62,716 bases of DNA, filler included, from Stramenopiles sp. TOSAG23-2 (GCA_900128395.1; 33 parts of 33 records of this genome joined end to end with filler, not necessarily neighbours in it), one strand, 5' to 3'; positions 24,697 through 36,285 are shown, counted from the first letter of the whole stretch. Numbers and translations are program-made. The notes: generated by a model from the sequence alone, not told the origin.

Positions 24697-25461
24697 ATTT
24701 ATTTGTTCTGATTTACGAGATTTTTTATTTATATTTTAAAAAATTAATAAACGATANNNNNNNNNNNNNNNNNNNNNNNNNNNNNNNNNNNNNNNNNNNN
24801 TTAATTAATTAANNNNNNNNNNNNNNNNNNNNNNNNNNNNNNNNNNNNNNNNNNNNGAAAACAAAGAAAAGATCGAGAAATAATAAATGTATAAAACAAA
24901 TGTCAAACCAACATGTACATCATTTAAAACGCCAAATTGCAATATAATTTAAATTTATATATAATATTTGATTTCTGATTTCGTATCCTTTCACAAGTTA
25001 AAGTATATATATTTCGAATTTAATAATATTTAAATAATCTCTACATCGTTTAGTGGCGGCAGTATCGACACAGCAGGTCTTACGATAAAACCAATTTCCG
25101 CTTTTGTCCTTTCGAGATTTTTCAAATTTTACCTCATATGTCATTATCTACATCAGGTAATTTCACTTAAATATTAGCTATATTTTTGCATAAAATCCAA
25201 AATCAAATCCACGAAATTGATGGAAGTGCATGACGAAAAAAAGTTTAAAATTAATTTTAAAAAAGATAATAAAAAAGCACCGAAAAGCATGACAATACCA
25301 TTAGTAAATAAAAAATAGAAGTATATATATATGTATATATATATTTATTACAAAGGTAGAAAGTAGATGATGTAGACAAAAACATAAATATAAATATATT
25401 ACATATTACTGTATGTAGAATTGATATAAATATTTATAATAATAATAAATAAATAAATAAC

Positions 25462-26663
25462 ATGTCATTGGAAACAAATAAAGAAACAAACAATGCCATG
25501 GACGTCGATGATGATCCTACACCGAATAAAATTATAATGGAAGAAATACAAGAAAAAGTAGATAATAATAATAGTAATAATAATAATAATAATAGTGAAA
25601 CGAATGGTAAAGAATCATTACCAGTTGAAACATCCACAACAACTGATAATGCCATTGTTACAAACGAAGAAAATGATTCAAATGACGTAACAAAAGAAGA
25701 ATCAAGTATTACAAATGATAGTGAGACTGTAGATACAACTAAAACTTCCAATCAAACAGTACCTCCCTCCATTAAATTACCTCCAGAATCACCAGCACCA
25801 CAACAACAAAGCCAACCATTACCAGTAGCAGGTTTAAATACCAAAAAAAAAGTGAAAGAATCAACCAAGACGAGTATAGGTGCGGCATTTTTGATACAAA
25901 CAGAACGCGCCGAGCCTGCAGGTAAGAAATACAATGGTGTGTCGTTTATGTATAAAATTGGAAGATGGCGAGCGACACTATGGATTAGAGGTGGGAAAAC
26001 AAAACAACTTGGTGTATATAAGACTGCTAAAAAAGCTGCGCTTGTATATGATAAAGCTGCTAGAGCTGAATATGGCTCAAATGCAAAAGTTAATTTTGAT
26101 AAAGATGGCCAACCAACTGATCTTGTAACATTTGCATATGGCGGTTTACATGGAGAACACCAAACGGTTGAAATAACACCAAATACGAAATGGCCACGTG
26201 TTGGAGATGAATTTCAAGTCGATTTGACCAAAGCATTATCAACGAAAGATACTACAAAAGCAGATGAAGCTAATGGTACTAGTAGTAGCAGCAGTAGTAA
26301 CTCGTGGCATAATCATCCCATACGTAATCCAGATGATGATGATAATGCAGGTTATGTGGATTCCCATTATGGTTCATTGCACCCAGATCCATTACCACAC
26401 GATTCAGAAACAAATATTAGTAAATTGTGGACACCAGTTGAAAAACAGGAATTTGAACGAGCCATTTTTGAAGTAGATAAGGATTTTCATTTAATTAGTA
26501 AATATGTTGGCACAAAATCATACCGTAGTTGCGTTGAATATTATTATTGTGTATGGAAATTGATGCGAGGTTGTCAAAAATGGAAAAAACAACGAGATGA
26601 AGTAATTGTGAAATTTCAACAAGATGAACAAAAGCGCCTTACTGATTTAAACCGTATCACCAC
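25462..26663 (+). CDS. AP2/ERF DNA-binding domain + ELM2-like motif + SANT/Myb domain protein, 3' truncated
   Basis: AP2: KYNGV...GRWRATL...KQLGVY.TAKKAALVYDKAA...G..AKVNF. ELM2 start: PRVGDEFQVDL. SANT: WTPVEKQEFERAIFEVDKDFHLISKYVGTKS..CVEYYY. Confidence 0.85.
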
Positions 26664-27131
26664 NNNNNNNNNNNNNNNNNNNNNNNNNNNNNNNNNNNNN
26701 NNNNNNNTTAATTAATTAANNNNNNNNNNNNNNNNNNNNNNNNNNNNNNNNNNNNNNNNNNNNATCCATTATAAGCAAACCAGTTTTAGATTTATTATTA
26801 GAGTCAAAGTGATGATTGCTAATGGTTTGTATTCGCAATATAAAGTTACTCTTGGGATACAGGGAGGTAAAATATTCTTTTAATTTTATACTATTCGTAT
26901 ACTAAATATATTATTATTTCCTATTTATATGTTCGAAATCTCTTCCTTCATTTCCCACCACGAATATTAACACACACATATATATACATATATCCCTTGT
27001 TGTATTTCAAAAAGAATGATAAACATAGAAAGAAAGATATAGAAAAATAGAGAGATAGTTTGATGTAAAAATAGTTCATATCTTCTTATTAATAATATAT
27101 ATATATATATATAACCACACATACCAAAGCA

Positions 27132-28569
27132 ATGGCGACTAATAATATTAGAATAACGTTAGGTACGTATGATGGATGGATATATGGATGGGAACCGACG
27201 GATTTAAAGAAAAATAATGAGAAAAAGAAAAAAATGGTTGATCCTTCAACACAATCTTTATCAGATATATTAAGTAGTGCATCTAATAAATCTGTTGATG
27301 GAAAAGGTACGTATGATGGATGGATATATGGATGGGAACCGACGGATTTAAAGAAAAATAATGAGAAAAAGAAAAAAATGGTTGATCCTTCAACACAATC
27401 TTTATCAGATATATTAAGTAGTGCATCTAATAAATCTGTTGATGGAAAACGGTTAGATGATGGTGGGATGTCACTTGTATATGCATATGAAGCACATGTT
27501 GGTATCGTACGATGCGCAGCATTAATGAAAGGTAATAATGGAAATATCCTTGCAACTGGTGGTATGGATGAAATCATTCGTGTTTACAATTTAAGTAAAA
27601 AACGTGAAGTTGGTGAATTAGTACAACATACAGGTGGAATTACTAGTTTACAATTTGTAGGAACAAAGTATTTATTAAGTGCAAGTGAAGATAAGACCGT
27701 CCGTATTTGGCGTGTAAAAGATTGGGCATGTTTACATGTTTTAGGAGGACATAAAGAAGGAATTACAAGCTTAGCCGTACATCCATCTGGTCGTTTAGCG
27801 TTGTCTACTTCAAAGGATAAAACAATGCGTTTATGGAATTTATTGGAAGGTAGAAATGCATATATATCACGTTTAAAAACAATACCCGAGAAAGTTGTAT
27901 GGTCACCATCAGCTGCAATTTATGCTATTTTATTTCGTAATGAAATTTATGTGTATAGAGCAACGGATGGGGAGGTAATTGCTAATAGAAATACAAAAGG
28001 TAGTCGTATTCAGGATGTATTATTTTTAAATGATAATGTTATTTGCTATTCAAGTACATTTGGTATTTTAAGTTTATGGAATTATGTTGATGAATCATTA
28101 TCATTACAATTAAATGCAGGAGTAAAAGATCGCATTCGATCATTAGTAAAGGTCAATAATAGAAGTATTTTATCTGTTACAACAAATGGATTAGTTCATG
28201 TATGGGATTTAACAGAAGATAATTTAACGAAAGATACAACACCATTACATACATTGAAATCAATTGCAAAGACGGGTTCACGAACTACATGTTTAGATGT
28301 ATGTGTTCTTGGTAATATTAATAATAAAGAAATGATTGATACTAATTATAATAATAATGATAATTCTGATGGTAGTAGTAGTAATAGTAGTGGCTGCAAA
28401 GACGGGTTCACGAACTACATGTTTAGATGTATGTGTTCTTGGTATTAATAATAAAGAAATGATTGATACTAATTATAATAATAATAATAATTTTGATGGT
28501 AGTAGTAGTAGTAGTAGTAGTGGCAATAACAATAACAAGAACAACCAAAAGAAAAAGAAGAATAAAAAA
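27132..28569 (+). CDS. MAK11: PAK1IP1/MAK11 WD40 ribosome-biogenesis protein (contains two duplicated segments)
   Basis: GTYDG.IYG N-terminus, ATGGMDE.IRVY, H..GITSL.F, LAVHPSGRLALS.SKD.TMRLWNL.EGR; Lys-rich tail. Confidence 0.85.
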
Positions 28570-28669
28570 NNNNNNNNNNNNNNNNNNNNNNNNNNNNNNN
28601 NNNNNNNNNNNNNTTAATTAATTAANNNNNNNNNNNNNNNNNNNNNNNNNNNNNNNNNNNNNNNNNNNN

Positions 28670-29753
28670 AATCGATCATGTCATATTTATGTACATATCA
28701 AAACAAGTCACGCATAACATTAGCAAAGAGCTGTTCTACTACTACTACTACTACCACAACCGCCAATACCAAGAATAATATCTTATTACCAACATGGAAT
28801 AAAACATTTGTTCCGATTATGGCAATCAATGCAGAGAAACGTTTTGAATTTGTTACACCATTTGAAAAACCATTTAGTAATCATAATATATATGCCAATC
28901 CTATATTAATGCAACTATTAAATAATGTATTGGCACCAGAATATGTCTTGGAATCATTAGGTGGTTTCAATGCAATGCCAGGTGCAACTGACGTTTTGAA
29001 TTTGTTACACCATTTGAAAAACCATTTAGTAATCATAATATATATGCCAATCCTATATTAATGCAACTATTAAATAATGTATTGGCACCAGAATATGTCT
29101 TGGAATCATTAGGTGGTTTCAATGCAATGCCAGGTGCAACTGATCAAGAATGGCATATTGATAATGAACATGTATTATTTCATAAATTTCCAAAACATCC
29201 ACCATATTGTTCAACTTTTTCCGTACCATTAGTACCGTGCAATGAAATAACTGGATGTACAGAATTTTCATTTAAATCGCATCATTGTTTAGATGCATCG
29301 CATACTGGTACACGTATTGATGGTACATGCCCAGAAACAGTAAATGTATGGCCAAAAGCAATGCCAGGTGATGCTATTATATATGATCCACGCATTATGC
29401 ATCGTGGAAGAGCAAATGTTGGAAAGATCGATCGTCCAATGTTACATAATTCTTATTGCCATATATGGTATAAAGATGAAGATAATCAGCGTGGCGATGG
29501 TATTTATATGAAAAATTTACGAAAATTAGGACGTATTCCTTTGCATATCGTGAAAGATTTCAATGAATATAACATGGATGTTGTAGAAAAATTACGTATA
29601 AGAAGTCTTGTAGAGAAAATGTATACAATATATCGTTGGGATGATAATGAACAAGAATCACCACGACGGTTGCTGCCAGTAACAGAAGCTTTTCATGGAA
29701 CGAGTACTAGTGATGAAATTATAAATTTAGAGAAAGATATGATGTTTAATTGA
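28670..29753 (+). CDS. PhyH-family 2OG-Fe(II) dioxygenase (5' truncated; frameshifted by a 152-bp duplication)
   Basis: PGA.DQEWHID (HxD), GCTEF...SH, GDAIIYD.R..HRG.AN...RP. Confidence 0.85.
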
Positions 29754-30575
29754 GACAAAGAGAGCGTCAAAAAATTAATGTGCGCGTGTACGCGCGCGTG
29801 CAATTTCACACAAAATATTTTTTAAAAATCATTTTATTTTTTTACGAGTACTAGTGATGAAATTATAAATTTAGAGAAAGATATGATGTTTAATTGAGAC
29901 AAAGAGAGCGTCAAAAAATTAATGTGCGTGCAATTTCACACAAAATATTTTAAAAATCATTTTAATTTTTTATAAAGACCCAACCACACACACACACACA
30001 CTTTAAAAAATGCTAAATCCTCTTTCCTCTCTCCTTGAACGTTTATTTTATTTTATCATATATCCAGGTTCTCGTATTTTCAATATCTCTTATTTTTTTT
30101 TTTTTGACTGCGGGTATATAACGAGTACTAGTGATGAAATTATAAATTTAGAGAAAGATATGATGTTTAATTGAGAAAAAGAGAGCGTCAAAAAATTAAT
30201 GTGCGCGTGTACGCGCGCGTGCAATTTCACACAAAATATTTTTTAAAAATCATTTTATTTTTTTATAAAGAAATCAAACATTTTATTATAAAAGACACTA
30301 AAACACTAAAATCCCTATCATATTCCCCAACACACTCACACACACACACACACACACTTTAAAAATGGTAAATCCTCTTTCCTCTCTCCTTGAACGTTTA
30401 TTTTATTTTATCATTATATTCAGGTTCTCGTATTTTCAATATCTCTTATTTTATTTTTTTGACTGCGGGTATATANNNNNNNNNNNNNNNNNNNNNNNNN
30501 NNNNNNNNNNNNNNNNNNNTTAATTAATTAANNNNNNNNNNNNNNNNNNNNNNNNNNNNNNNNNNNNNNNNNNNN

Positions 30576-31490
30576 GGTATTGGTGATGGTGTAACATTAA
30601 ATACTATTGCATTCCAATATGCAATACAAGCAGCAAAGCGATACAATGAACAATTAAAGGATCATGATAAAAAGTTACGTGGTGTAGAATTAATAATTGG
30701 ATTGCCCAATGAAAATAAAACATTTTTAACTGGACCTTTTAATTTGACATCCCATTTTACCTTGACAGTAAGCGCAAGCAATTCAATCATCGCCTCCCCT
30801 GATCCAAATTTATGGCCAATCATTGATCCACTTCCTTCCTATGGACAAGGTCGTGATCACCAAGGCCCTCGACGAGTACCATTTATTGGTGGATTCAATT
30901 TAACTGATATTACCATTCGTGGTGGTGGGATGATTGATGGTAATGGTGAAACATGGTGGAAACGCCATAAAAGTGGTAAAGAAAAATATACACGTGGCAG
31001 GTTATTTGAAACATTATATACAGATGGGGTGTTATTAGAAGATATTACATTGCAAAATTCACCATTTTGGACAATACATCCAACCGTAAGTAGTAGTAAT
31101 TACTTGAAGAAGTCTTATTTTTGGTTTTTATACTAACCAAATGTATATATATATATATATTCATTTACATTTTTCTTCCATCAGTATTCATCGAATATTA
31201 TAGCACGTTTTGTCAAGGTCATGAACCCAACTGATGCACCAAATACAGATGGTTTTGATCCAGATTCATCGATTAACATTACATTAATTAATTCCGTTTT
31301 CTCAGTCGGTGATGATGGTGTTGCAATTAAAAGTGGATGGGATTGTTTTGGTATATAGAATACGTAATTTGACAGTGAATTCACCATGTTGTAAGTAATT
31401 GTATTGTGTATATATATCTTTTGCATTCAAAAATATAGCTAACAAAATCTTTCCTACATTATATATACAACATAATATACAGGTGCTGGT
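30576..31490 (+). CDS. GH28 polygalacturonase-like enzyme, N-terminal part; introns 31086..31184 and 31391..31482
   Basis: GDGVTLNT.AF, FLTGPFNLTSH.TL, IDGNGETWW, NSPFWTIHP; after splicing APNTDGFDPDSS...GDDGVAIKSGWD. GTAAG...CAG introns; TACTAAC at 31131. Confidence 0.9.
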
Positions 31491-31667
31491 GATGAAAATG
31501 GTACGAAATATATTAAAGGACAAAAAGGATCATGTGGTTTATGTATGGCTGCAAGTGGATCTTGTATTGTTATTGCAACTGCTGACAAATCAAAAGGTCA
31601 AGTTTTTACAAATACTATCAGTGCAGTCGTTGCATTAGTATCATACCTTGCACAATCTGGATATTAA
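31491..31667 (+). CDS. Profilin, C-terminal fragment (not in the ORF track)
   Basis: DENGTKYIKGQKGSCGLCMAASGSCIVIA...AVVALVSYLAQSGY* matches the profilin C-terminal strands and helix. Confidence 0.7.
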   Translation, partial: DENGTKYIKGQKGSCGLCMAASGSCIVIATADKSKGQVFTNTISAVVALVSYLAQSGY

Positions 31668-32244
31668 ATATATATATATATATATAAGATATCTTGATCA
31701 CATATATATATGGTATGATATTATCATTTATCAATATATATAATTATCATTATAGTATTTATAATATATATACAAATACTTACATCACAGAGGAAGAACG
31801 ATCTACAAAAACATGAATTACATCGTTCATCGATACACATTTTGCATATGATTTTATTTATATATTACACATAATTCATTATCGGGTGACAGGAACTTGT
31901 GTAACAGAGAGAATGAAAAATTATGTTGACATGTTGACACCAAAAAGAGAGAGTTGGTGTGTGTTCTTTTAAAACTGAAATTTTGCTTTAAAGAATAAAG
32001 AAGGAGAGCGGTATAAAAATTTATGACGTAGCAAAAAATATTCAATTCATTTGTAAAAAGTAACTTCGTATTAATAAAATCTAAAAATTTTTGTATCTCT
32101 CATAAATTATTGAAACAGACCAACAGACCTTGTAAAAGACATTACTCTCGCTCTCTCCTCTGTCTCGCTCTGTTCTCCGTTTGACAAACGCATTTCTCTG
32201 TCAATGAAAAATCTGTATATTATACATCATATTAAAATATTAAT

Positions 32245-32379
32245 CTACAACAACTCTTTACAAATTGGTTTTGGCAATACGGTATCTTCATTTGCTTTTC
32301 CAATCACTTGATTACATTTCCAACTTGGTTTACCAGTAGTTGCTTGTAAATCAATATCATTCAATTCGACATGATTTAT
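32245..32379 (-). CDS. C-terminus of a GH28 polygalacturonase (not in the ORF track)
   Basis: INHVELNDIDL...SWKCNQVIG.....VLPKPICKELL* matches the W.C..V.G....V.P.PC end of this GH28 clade. Confidence 0.65.
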   Translation of the reverse strand: MNHVELNDIDLQATTGKPSWKCNQVIGKANEDTVLPKPICKELL

Positions 32380-32759
32380 NNNNNNNNNNNNNNNNNNNNN
32401 NNNNNNNNNNNNNNNNNNNNNNNTTAATTAATTAANNNNNNNNNNNNNNNNNNNNNNNNNNNNNNNNNNNNNNNNNNNNAAAAATTTGTACCGAAAATTT
32501 TCTACTGGCCGGCACAGTAAAAATTATATCGGGATCTTAATAAAAAGTGTCACAAATAATGATATTCCCATGCTATTCCAATTTTTATAAAACAAACCCT
32601 AATTGTAATAATAACGTACCCTAATTGTAACTATATCGTAAGAAAATTCGTCCGACCTTAATTCAAGTATGCCATGTGAATTAGTACATTGTAAAAAACA
32701 TAAATATAAAATTACAAAAATAGAAAAATAAAAAAAAATAAATATCAATCTGCTCTACA

Positions 32760-33963
32760 CTATAAATTTACATCATCATAGTCTGGTTCCTCTACCTCTT
32801 TCTGCTCTACACTTTTCTTTATATAAAATGCAAATAGCATATTATTATATCCCCAACTAGTCACAAAAAAAGTTTTAAATTTTTCCTTTGCTTCATTTAC
32901 TGTCAATTCTTTTAAATTATCTACTTTTTTAAAATTAAAATTAACTTTAACAAAACTATCAAGGTAAAACCATTTCCAATAATTTTCAAAATAATATGGG
33001 CGTAAAACAGTAAAATGTCCAACGTAATTGGCACTAATTGGTGCTTTAAAGCATATAAATCCTAGTAATTTATGATTAGTTCGAACTGGTTTATAAGTGC
33101 TAAAAATTTCCATACCAGTATCAGCAAAAAATGCATCGCATGCAGTATTGTTTTCATTTAAATAACGTGGAAACTCAGCATCCAATTTGCAATTCATTGG
33201 TGCAATCTGCCTCACAATTCCAACTATTTCAACAGTGGTGCGGTTATTCCAAGTGGCTGTATCTAAATTTAATGTTTCAAGATATCTTGCATAATCATTA
33301 TCATTAATTTTTTTGTACGGTACTAATAAATTGCATATACTATGTTTTGCACATTTATTTTCAACTTGTTTATCTAAATGATGAATATTCCAATATAATT
33401 TATTCTCAACGTTTACTACTATATTATTTATATTTTGTTGTGATAATTGCAGATATTTCTGATACAGTGCTTTCTTCTTCTTGTTATTATCAGCAGCTGC
33501 GCTTTCCTCTTTGTGATGTTGACAAAGCTACTGCTGCTGTACGTTTACGGTGTGGTATATTATCTATATTTTTCAACAATGACTTCACCACTTTTTTCTT
33601 TTTCTTTATTGATTTTTTATTTTTTTTATTTGAAGATGTTTCTGTGCGTCGTTTCTTTTCACGATAATTACGCTGCCGTATTTTATCATTTTTACGTTTC
33701 AAAATTATTATCTTTTCATCAACAGGAAATTTTACTTTCAATGGTTCTTCTACTTGAATGACATTATCATTAAATGCTGCTGGTTTTACCACTGGCAAAC
33801 TCACGTTATTGAAACTTGGCATTTCTTGCAGTACTATTGGTATACTTGGAGGTTTACTGTTGCTATTAATTTCATGATGCACTTCATGATATTTGTTTTC
33901 ACGTAATAAATCAAATACAATAGCATCTTCTTGCAATTTATCAATTTTTTGTCGACCTTTCAT
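32760..33963 (-). pseudogene. Josephin-like cysteine protease with basic N-terminal region, split by a frameshift near 33490-33530
   Basis: The frame of ORF 32760 is open up to about 33527 and contains HLDKQVENKCAKHSICNLL, GHFTVLR and WFYLDS. Confidence 0.7.
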
Positions 33964-34055
33964 AGTTATTATTAGTCCATCACGTAACAGACGCCCAGTG
34001 TTTAACCTAACCCCAGCAATATTTGCTATGTCATCAGGTCCCGATCCTACGCTCC

Positions 34056-34079
34056 TAGCATAGCGGGGTTTCCTGAGTA
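34056..34079 (+). repeat. Dispersed motif TAGCATAGCGGGGTTTCCTGAGTA (copy 2; candidate mobile-element terminus)
   Basis: 23/25 identical to the reverse complement of 59309..59333. Confidence 0.65.
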
Positions 34080-34741
34080 CCGCTCCTGATCTTCACGGCA
34101 GCTTTTAGTACTATACCTGAGAGTGTGTCTGTGCCTTGCGTAGTCTTACAGGGGTTTAGTTGCCTATATTGCCAACAGCCTAATTTTAAACACCTATTGT
34201 CCTATTGTTTCGAAAGAAACTATTAATAGTATGATTTCACGTACTGTTATGATTAAAATATATTGATTAAAATATATATTGCNNNNNNNNNNNNNNNNNN
34301 NNNNNNNNNNNNNNNNNNNNNNNNNNTTAATTAATTAANNNNNNNNNNNNNNNNNNNNNNNNNNNNNNNNNNNNNNNNNNNNTACTGGTGCAGAGAAATT
34401 CCATTTCCACGATCCATCTAAAGATCATCATTAATTAAAATATTATTGAGAGAGAGCTGCAAGAAAGGGAAGTTTGAAGATGAAACAGACCAGGAAAAGA
34501 CAAAAAAAAAGACGAGGAGAGGATGACTCAGAGATAATTAAAATATATATATTAAAAACATAGTGTTTAATATTTATTAAAAAGATTGTGTGCGTGGAAA
34601 AAACATTTTACTCTCTTTCTCTCTCCTGTTTGTACTAACCCCCCTTCCGTCATATTATTCGCACTGCATTTACATTCGCTTTTCCCATTCAATTTTGTTT
34701 AATATTTACTATATTTGTCATCTTTCTTATAGTCAATATAG

Positions 34742-36185
34742 AAAAGGCAGGCGGAAAAAACAAAAATATTATACTACATACAGGAAAAAGAGCACGCAGA
34801 GGAAGAAGCGGAAGATAAAATCGAAACTGCTTTAGATAATGCAGATACTACAGTTGATAAAGTAGATGAAGTAAATAATACTGTTGTCGATTATACAACT
34901 GAAGAAATACAAATGGTACAACAAGATGGTACAGTGACAACAGCAAATAAGATATGTTTACCATCATTTATAAAACTAGACGATACTTCAATTGCAATAT
35001 TAAACAATGTATTAGATGGTATCGAAGTAGTTGCAGAAATTATTCCATATGCACAATTATTTATTAAAACATGTAAGAATATTTACGATCGATGTCAAGA
35101 ACCAAGTCGTTTACGTGCTGAAATACAAGATTTTTTACATTTTTTAAAAATCATTGAAACAAGTATTGTAAAAGGATTAAAACAATTTTCAAATGAAGAT
35201 CGGTTAAAATTAATCAATAATAAATTAATTGAAGCGGCGAAAACAATAAAAGAATCACAAAATCGAAGTACATTTAGTGCATTTTTTTATGGAAAAGCAG
35301 ATCGTGAAAAATTTACAGAAATTAAGAAAGATATCATGGATACCATGATACTGGTTAATTTTACCATGCAAATTGATGCAAATGTAAATGTTGCAAAATT
35401 GATGGCAAAAGATGAGGAATTACATAGTAAATTTGAAAACATTAATACATCAGAAGATGCATTGGAAACATTATTACAAGGAAAAAATAATGATGTGTTG
35501 AAAAAGGAGATATTGCAACATTTGAATTTGAAAGAAAATGATTTAATATTGGAATTAGATGAATTGAAGAAGCGATTGACTAAAGTGGAGGAGAACCAAG
35601 AAAAAATGGCCGAAACACAGAATAACGTAGTCAAAACACAAGAAAAAATATTGAAACAAATCGATGTTACCACCTCATTAAAAACGATTTTAGATCCACT
35701 TGATTTCAATTTAGAAATTGATGGTGCCGTTGAACGTTTTCACAATGGTACAAGAAAATGGGCTTTTGATGATTTTGATAATTGGGTTGAAATTAAATTA
35801 AATTCACGTGTATTTCTGTTATCTGGTGGTGCTGGTATGGGTAAAACTGGTATTATGAGTATGTTAGTACGTACAAGAATGGGAATTGTCATTGCACATC
35901 ATTTTTGTAGACATGATGATAGCCGTAAACGTGATCCAAAACATGTATTATGTTCTATTGCATATCAATTAGCGGAGAAAATACCAGAATATCGTAAGAA
36001 ATTAGAAGAATTAGGATTAAGTAATGCAAGTTTAAGTGAATTAAATGTGACGGGACTATTTGATAAAATTTTAAGAGCACCATTAGCAAATATAAAACGA
36101 CCTGATGAATTTACATCAAAACGCCAAATTATTTTAATTGATGCATTAGATGAATGTGATCATAATGGTAAAAATGATTTATTAG
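34742..36185 (+). CDS. NACHT NTPase with N-terminal MLKL-like four-helix bundle and coiled coil (NLR-like), 3' truncated
   Basis: GTRKW, Walker A GGAGMGKT, HHFCRHDD, SIAYQLA, Walker B ILIDALDEC; the frame opens at a likely acceptor at 34741. Confidence 0.85.
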
Positions 36186-36285
36186 NNNNNNNNNNNNNNN
36201 NNNNNNNNNNNNNNNNNNNNNNNNNNNNNTTAATTAATTAANNNNNNNNNNNNNNNNNNNNNNNNNNNNNNNNNNNNNNNNNNNN

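Noticed and set aside
30576..31667. Novel GH28-profilin fusion protein
   Set aside because: The GH28 C-terminus is present inverted in the same contig, so an inversion chimera is the simpler explanation.
34029..34075. Hammerhead ribozyme on the minus strand (GAAAC ... CTGATGA)
   Set aside because: The core words are present, but I could not form stems I-III in the required arrangement.
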